A DNA stretch of 20,000 nucleotides from Clostridia bacterium (GTDB lineage: Bacteria; CBDUZB01; JAGLHV01). The position numbers and the translations under genes are program-made. Position 1 is the stretch's first letter; every line of letters starts with the position of its first letter. Shown in pieces: positions 16,642 to 20,000 of the stretch. Location of the stretch: contig DAOVVV010000005.1 in the NCBI GenBank assembly GCA_030637025.1, positions 61,608-81,607 on the forward strand. The letters run 5' to 3'. Below the pieces are notes generated by a model. The model saw only the letters and a list, made by a program, of their open reading frames with translations. It made no database searches and had not been told where the DNA came from.

Positions 16642-16779
16642 GGAAGCAGGAATCTATTGATATTTTAAGACATTATAGAAAGCAGAATGACTTTTCCAAA
16701 GTTTTATTTTGGTTAATATTTCCTTGTTAATTTAAGAGTTTTCTTTTTTTCTTCTGTTTTTATTTAAATTTTTCTATTT

Positions 16780-16795
16780 TGGCACAAAAATTGCA
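16780..16795 (+). promoter_or_regulatory. Sigma-54 (-24/-12) promoter
   Basis: TGGCACAAAAATTGCA has GG at 16781-82, exactly 10 nt, then GC at 16793-94. It matches TGGCACG-N4-TTGCW at all but one position and lies 60 nt upstream of the ATG at 16855. Confidence 0.85.
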
Positions 16796-16854
16796 CATAT
16801 AATATATAGAAGTGTTCATATATTATTAAATTGGTAAATAAAAAAGGGGAGAAA

Positions 16855-18414
16855 ATGAACAAAATTTTAATAAGTCGAAAGAGTAATTATAGAGGAATAT
16901 TAATAATGATAATAATTACTATATTAACAATAGTTCCTAGTATATGGGCAGTTGATTATATTTCCGTTGGTAGTGGAAATTGGAATAATCCTGCTGTTTG
17001 GGACCAGGCCGGTTATCCTGATGTAGTAGAGGATACTGCTACTATTGCCAATGGGCATACAGTAAGGATTACTGCCGATCTTACCTGTGGTGCGGTGACT
17101 ATAAATAATGGGGGAGTGGTAAATCATACCGCATATACTAATCTGACTTGGATAATTCAGGGGGATATTTCGGTCAGTGGTACTTTGACCCTGGGACCAG
17201 GTGTAAATATCAAAATAGATTGTATTACTACCATGGGATTATACGGTATTATTGTGGAGTCGGGTGCGATTTTTAGTGCCAATGGTGGAAATAAACACTT
17301 GAATGATTGTGTAATTACGGCCTTAAACCCGGATTATAATACTTATATTTATTTAAAAGATGGTTCTCAAACTCTATTACAATATTGTAAAATAAGTGAA
17401 ATGGGAATTTTTGGGGCTCCTAAATATGGAATATATATTGAGAATGTTGATGGGAATATTCCTGGTGAAGGGATCCTTATAAAGGGTTGCATTATTAGCA
17501 ATAACTATAACTATGGAATTTATATGAGTGGATGTTCAAAAAACAATACGAATAACGGTAAAGGAATTATTGATACCGTTGTTGACGGTGATAGGGAAGG
17601 AATCTGGGTTACTAATTGTTCTTCTAATACATTTGAAGGGAATTATTGTTATAATAACAATTCAGGAACGGAAGCTGGTTCTGGTATTAATGTTTATGGT
17701 GGAAGTAATAATATTTTAAGCAATAATATTTGTTATAATAATCAAATAGCCGGGATTAGAATTGTAAACAGTAATAATAATATTTTAAATAATAATATTT
17801 GTTATGATCAATGGTATGTGACGGGGATTGATATTAGTGATAGTCATAATAATCAATTGATAAATAACATTACATATAATAATCCGTACGGTGTTTTTTT
17901 AAACGGGAGCAATAATAACACATTGACAGGAAATATAATTTATAGTAATTCTACTGGATTTTATGGCTATGGTAATGTAGGGAATGAACTTATAGATTGT
18001 AGTTTTGGTACTTTAGGAGAAAATACCCAGAGAGATATTTATTTAACTAATTTTGGTGCTTTCACACTTATTTTAAAAAATTGTCAATTATCTAGTACGA
18101 CTGAAGTAGATACTACGAATTTTAGTGTGGGAGGCTGGATTATTTCACAAAAACATGACCAGATACCAGGGTTAGTCAGGATTTGGGGTGATTATAATAT
18201 TCCTGCTGTTACAACGAACTGGCAATACGATACAGAATTATATTCTGGAAGTGGTGATGCCAATGTGCAAAAAAAGATAGAATTTTATTACACACCGATA
18301 GGGACAGAACTCATTGTAGAAAATGCAAAGACACTAAATATAACGGGGGGGTGCAGACCAATCAGAGGACTTTGTTTTATAGTGGGGATAGTACTTTCTG
18401 GGGTTTTATTGTGA
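16855..18414 (+). CDS. Large secreted/surface protein, N-terminal part (signal peptide, G8-like start, right-handed parallel beta-helix repeats); frameshifted near 18351
   Basis: SD GGGGAG then ATG 16855. Sec signal peptide ending IVPSIWA|VD. SGNWNNPAVW...ATIANGHTV start. PbH1/NosD-like repeats (GINVYGGSNNILSNNICYNN, GIRIVNSNNNILNNNICYD, GIDISDSHNNQLINNITYNN). The last about 20 codons after ITGG look out of frame. Confidence 0.8.
   Translation: MNKILISRKSNYRGILIMIIITILTIVPSIWAVDYISVGSGNWNNPAVWDQAGYPDVVEDTATIANGHTVRITADLTCGAVTINNGGVVNHTAYTNLTWIIQGDISVSGTLTLGPGVNIKIDCITTMGLYGIIVESGAIFSANGGNKHLNDCVITALNPDYNTYIYLKDGSQTLLQYCKISEMGIFGAPKYGIYIENVDGNIPGEGILIKGCIISNNYNYGIYMSGCSKNNTNNGKGIIDTVVDGDREGIWVTNCSSNTFEGNYCYNNNSGTEAGSGINVYGGSNNILSNNICYNNQIAGIRIVNSNNNILNNNICYDQWYVTGIDISDSHNNQLINNITYNNPYGVFLNGSNNNTLTGNIIYSNSTGFYGYGNVGNELIDCSFGTLGENTQRDIYLTNFGAFTLILKNCQLSSTTEVDTTNFSVGGWIISQKHDQIPGLVRIWGDYNIPAVTTNWQYDTELYSGSGDANVQKKIEFYYTPIGTELIVENAKTLNITGGCRPIRGLCFIVGIVLSGVLL
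18345..18351 (+). repeat. G7 homopolymer at the inferred frameshift
   Basis: Sequence ata acG GGG GGG tgc. One extra G gives ITGG-VQTNQRTLFYSGDSTFWGFIVNG and joins the two ORFs. Confidence 0.8.
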
Positions 18415-20000
18415 ATGGCATCATAAATTGTGATTATGCAAATTTTAGTAATTTGGATATAAGTGGCTTGAATGTTGCTAACAGTGCTACTGTTATCAAA
18501 CTTGACCATATCTCCTTTAACAATGTAGATAGTGGGGGTAGTCATCTAACGATGGATGGTATAGATTACAGCTTTGACGGATGTGTTTTTGATGATAGCG
18601 GAAACTATGATGTAACTGTAAATAACGATGCTGATTTAATTTTTATTAATTCCACCCGGGGCAACTTTACCGATAATTTTCTGGATGCAAACTCGTCTAT
18701 CCAGTGGGTTGAAGATAGTAGTACCAGATTTACCGATAGTGGTGGTGTAGACAGAACTTTTTATAGTATCCAAACAAATGAAATTTTTGTTACAGTCAAC
18801 GATAATGATGAAAATATGCACAATGGTTCACAGCAGCAGATAAGTGTAATTATATCTAATAGTAGTACCGGGGATGAGGAGATGCTTAATTTAATTGAGA
18901 CCGGAAATGATACCGGGATATTCAGAAATACAGTGGGACTTCCTGTAAAACTCAATTCTACAGCTACCAAGGGTAATTTTGAATTGGAAGCATTGGGTAC
19001 AGAAATGGTTAGTGTAACCTATATTGACGGAAACGATTCAGGGGATACTTCTAATGATGCTGTCAGAATTTATCCTAAAGAGCCGGTTGTAGTATTAATG
19101 GAACCAAATGAAGGAGCAGTTGGCTTGTTGCCGGACAGTTTTGTTAGAGTAGGATTTAGCAAGGAAATGGATAAAACCTCTGTAGAAGCAGCAATGAGTT
19201 TGAAGGTAGTGAGAGATAAAGATGGACAGGTTATAAATGAGTTGGTAAGCGGAGTATTTAATTGGGAAAATGATACTACTGTTATTTTTCAACCTAATGA
19301 ACCATTGAATAAAAATTATACTTATCAGGTAGTTGTTTTAACTGATGCACAGGATGCAAGCGGTAATTCTCTCCCCCACAGCAAAGAGTGGAAATTTACT
19401 ACCATAATGGAGCATACAGTTATTAATACTGTAGTGGGAGAAGATGAAAACACGGAAGTAGGTTTATCAGCTAATGCTTTACCGGAAGATGGATGTATTA
19501 AGATTAGTTTAGAGTCAACAGATCAAGAGGGAATTATTCAGGCAGAGAGTAAACTGGAAAGAATAGGAAATAATTTACAGTATCCCATTACCGGAACAAT
19601 GCGTGAATTGAATGCGTATGACACTAATGGTAATTTATATAATGTAACTTTTAATGCAGCAGTAAATTTAACTATTCCTTATTCGGATAATGATAATGAC
19701 GGAATTGTTGACGGCACCTTTCCTCTGGTAAGGGAAAAAACTTTGGCTATACATTATTTAGATGAAGATAATAATTTATGGGTCAGGATACCCGGTTCAA
19801 CAGTGGATACAGAACGAAATGTAGTCACAGCTAAAGTATTGCATTTTTCTACTTTTGTGTTAATGGGAGCAAATGATACTAACTTAACCGGTGCCTATGC
19901 CTTTCCTGTTCCGTTCAGGGCATATCAAGGGCATAATCAGATTACCTTTACCGGACTTTCTTCTCAGGCCACGATAAAAATATTTACCATTAGCGGTGAG
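18351..20000 (+). CDS. C-terminal continuation of the large secreted protein (not in the ORF track), 3'-truncated: ETGxxTGxF domain, Big_5-like Ig domain, DxDxDG loop, HFS motif, T9SS-CTD/FlgD-Ig-like tail
   Basis: Hand translation gives 550 codons with no stop from 18351 to 20000; the previous stop in this frame is TGA 18255-57. Motifs: ETGNDTGIF (18897-18923), PVVVLMEPNEGA...FSKEMDKTSV...PNEPLNKNYTYQV...DASGNSL...WKFTT (19083-19403), DNDNDGIVDG (19686-19715), LHFSTFVLM (His at 19842) and AYAFPVPF...ATIKIFTISGE (19893-20000). Confidence 0.88.
   Translation, partial: MQTNQRTLFYSGDSTFWGFIVNGIINCDYANFSNLDISGLNVANSATVIKLDHISFNNVDSGGSHLTMDGIDYSFDGCVFDDSGNYDVTVNNDADLIFINSTRGNFTDNFLDANSSIQWVEDSSTRFTDSGGVDRTFYSIQTNEIFVTVNDNDENMHNGSQQQISVIISNSSTGDEEMLNLIETGNDTGIFRNTVGLPVKLNSTATKGNFELEALGTEMVSVTYIDGNDSGDTSNDAVRIYPKEPVVVLMEPNEGAVGLLPDSFVRVGFSKEMDKTSVEAAMSLKVVRDKDGQVINELVSGVFNWENDTTVIFQPNEPLNKNYTYQVVVLTDAQDASGNSLPHSKEWKFTTIMEHTVINTVVGEDENTEVGLSANALPEDGCIKISLESTDQEGIIQAESKLERIGNNLQYPITGTMRELNAYDTNGNLYNVTFNAAVNLTIPYSDNDNDGIVDGTFPLVREKTLAIHYLDEDNNLWVRIPGSTVDTERNVVTAKVLHFSTFVLMGANDTNLTGAYAFPVPFRAYQGHNQITFTGLSSQATIKIFTISGE

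Noticed and set aside
16650-16662. IHF-like site (TATCAATAGATTC on the - strand) between the UAS and the sigma54 promoter
   Set aside because: It has one mismatch to WATCAANNNNTTR, overlaps the repeat flank, and such matches are common in AT-rich DNA. Too weak to call.
200-16800. Numerous A7-A9/T7-T9 runs as phase-variation sites
   Set aside because: They are expected at this AT content, and none that I saw in this span coincides with a broken reading frame.
17620-17960. Periodic aataataatatt-like DNA repeats (possible CRISPR or tandem array)
   Set aside because: They are the coding pattern of Asn-rich beta-helix repeats within an open frame, with no constant repeat and unique spacer structure.
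860-19292. Short ORFs in the track (860-1111, 10687-11109, 11281-11472, 13644-14066, 14132-14326, 16924-17127, 17528-17719, 18288-18545, 18636-18821, 18761-18970, 19095-19292)
   Set aside because: All are antisense or alternate-frame shadows of longer, motif-supported + strand genes and carry no recognisable motifs. Those beyond 18350 are explained by the unlisted 18351-20000 frame.
1-20000. Stop-codon reassignment as an explanation for the split gene
   Set aside because: TAA, TAG and TGA all terminate well-formed genes here, and the split is a frame change rather than an in-frame stop.

Overview
AT-rich bacterial window (roughly 30% GC by eye; all three stop codons are used, consistent with code 11) in which every supported gene is on the + strand. 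It has three blocks. (1) 1-11992 is a glycosylation-type cluster: a 5'-truncated TPR protein, four paralogous multi-TM GT-C-fold (ArnT/PMT_2-like) glycosyltransferases with C-terminal TPRs, a DPM1-like GT2 and a B12-binding radical SAM enzyme. A G12 tract abuts one start codon. (2) 12061-16363 is a regulatory block behind a sigma70-type promoter: a short, divergent sigma-54-like factor, a soluble REC-GAF-HisKA-HATPase kinase and an NtrC-family enhancer-binding protein (EBP). (3) 16359-20000 holds tandem EBP-type upstream sites, a nested set of small repeat/MITE insertions, a near-consensus -24/-12 sigma-54 promoter, and a secreted beta-helix/Ig-like protein of more than 1000 aa. That protein is split by a one-base frameshift, best placed at a G7 tract, and runs off the window end in a T9SS-CTD-like tail. 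The most interesting reading (inference) is a self-contained cascade in which a dedicated alternative sigma-54 and a two-component system control a possibly phase-variable surface protein, next to a four-paralog GT-C/TPR glycosylation machine. All family assignments come from motif recognition, not database searches.
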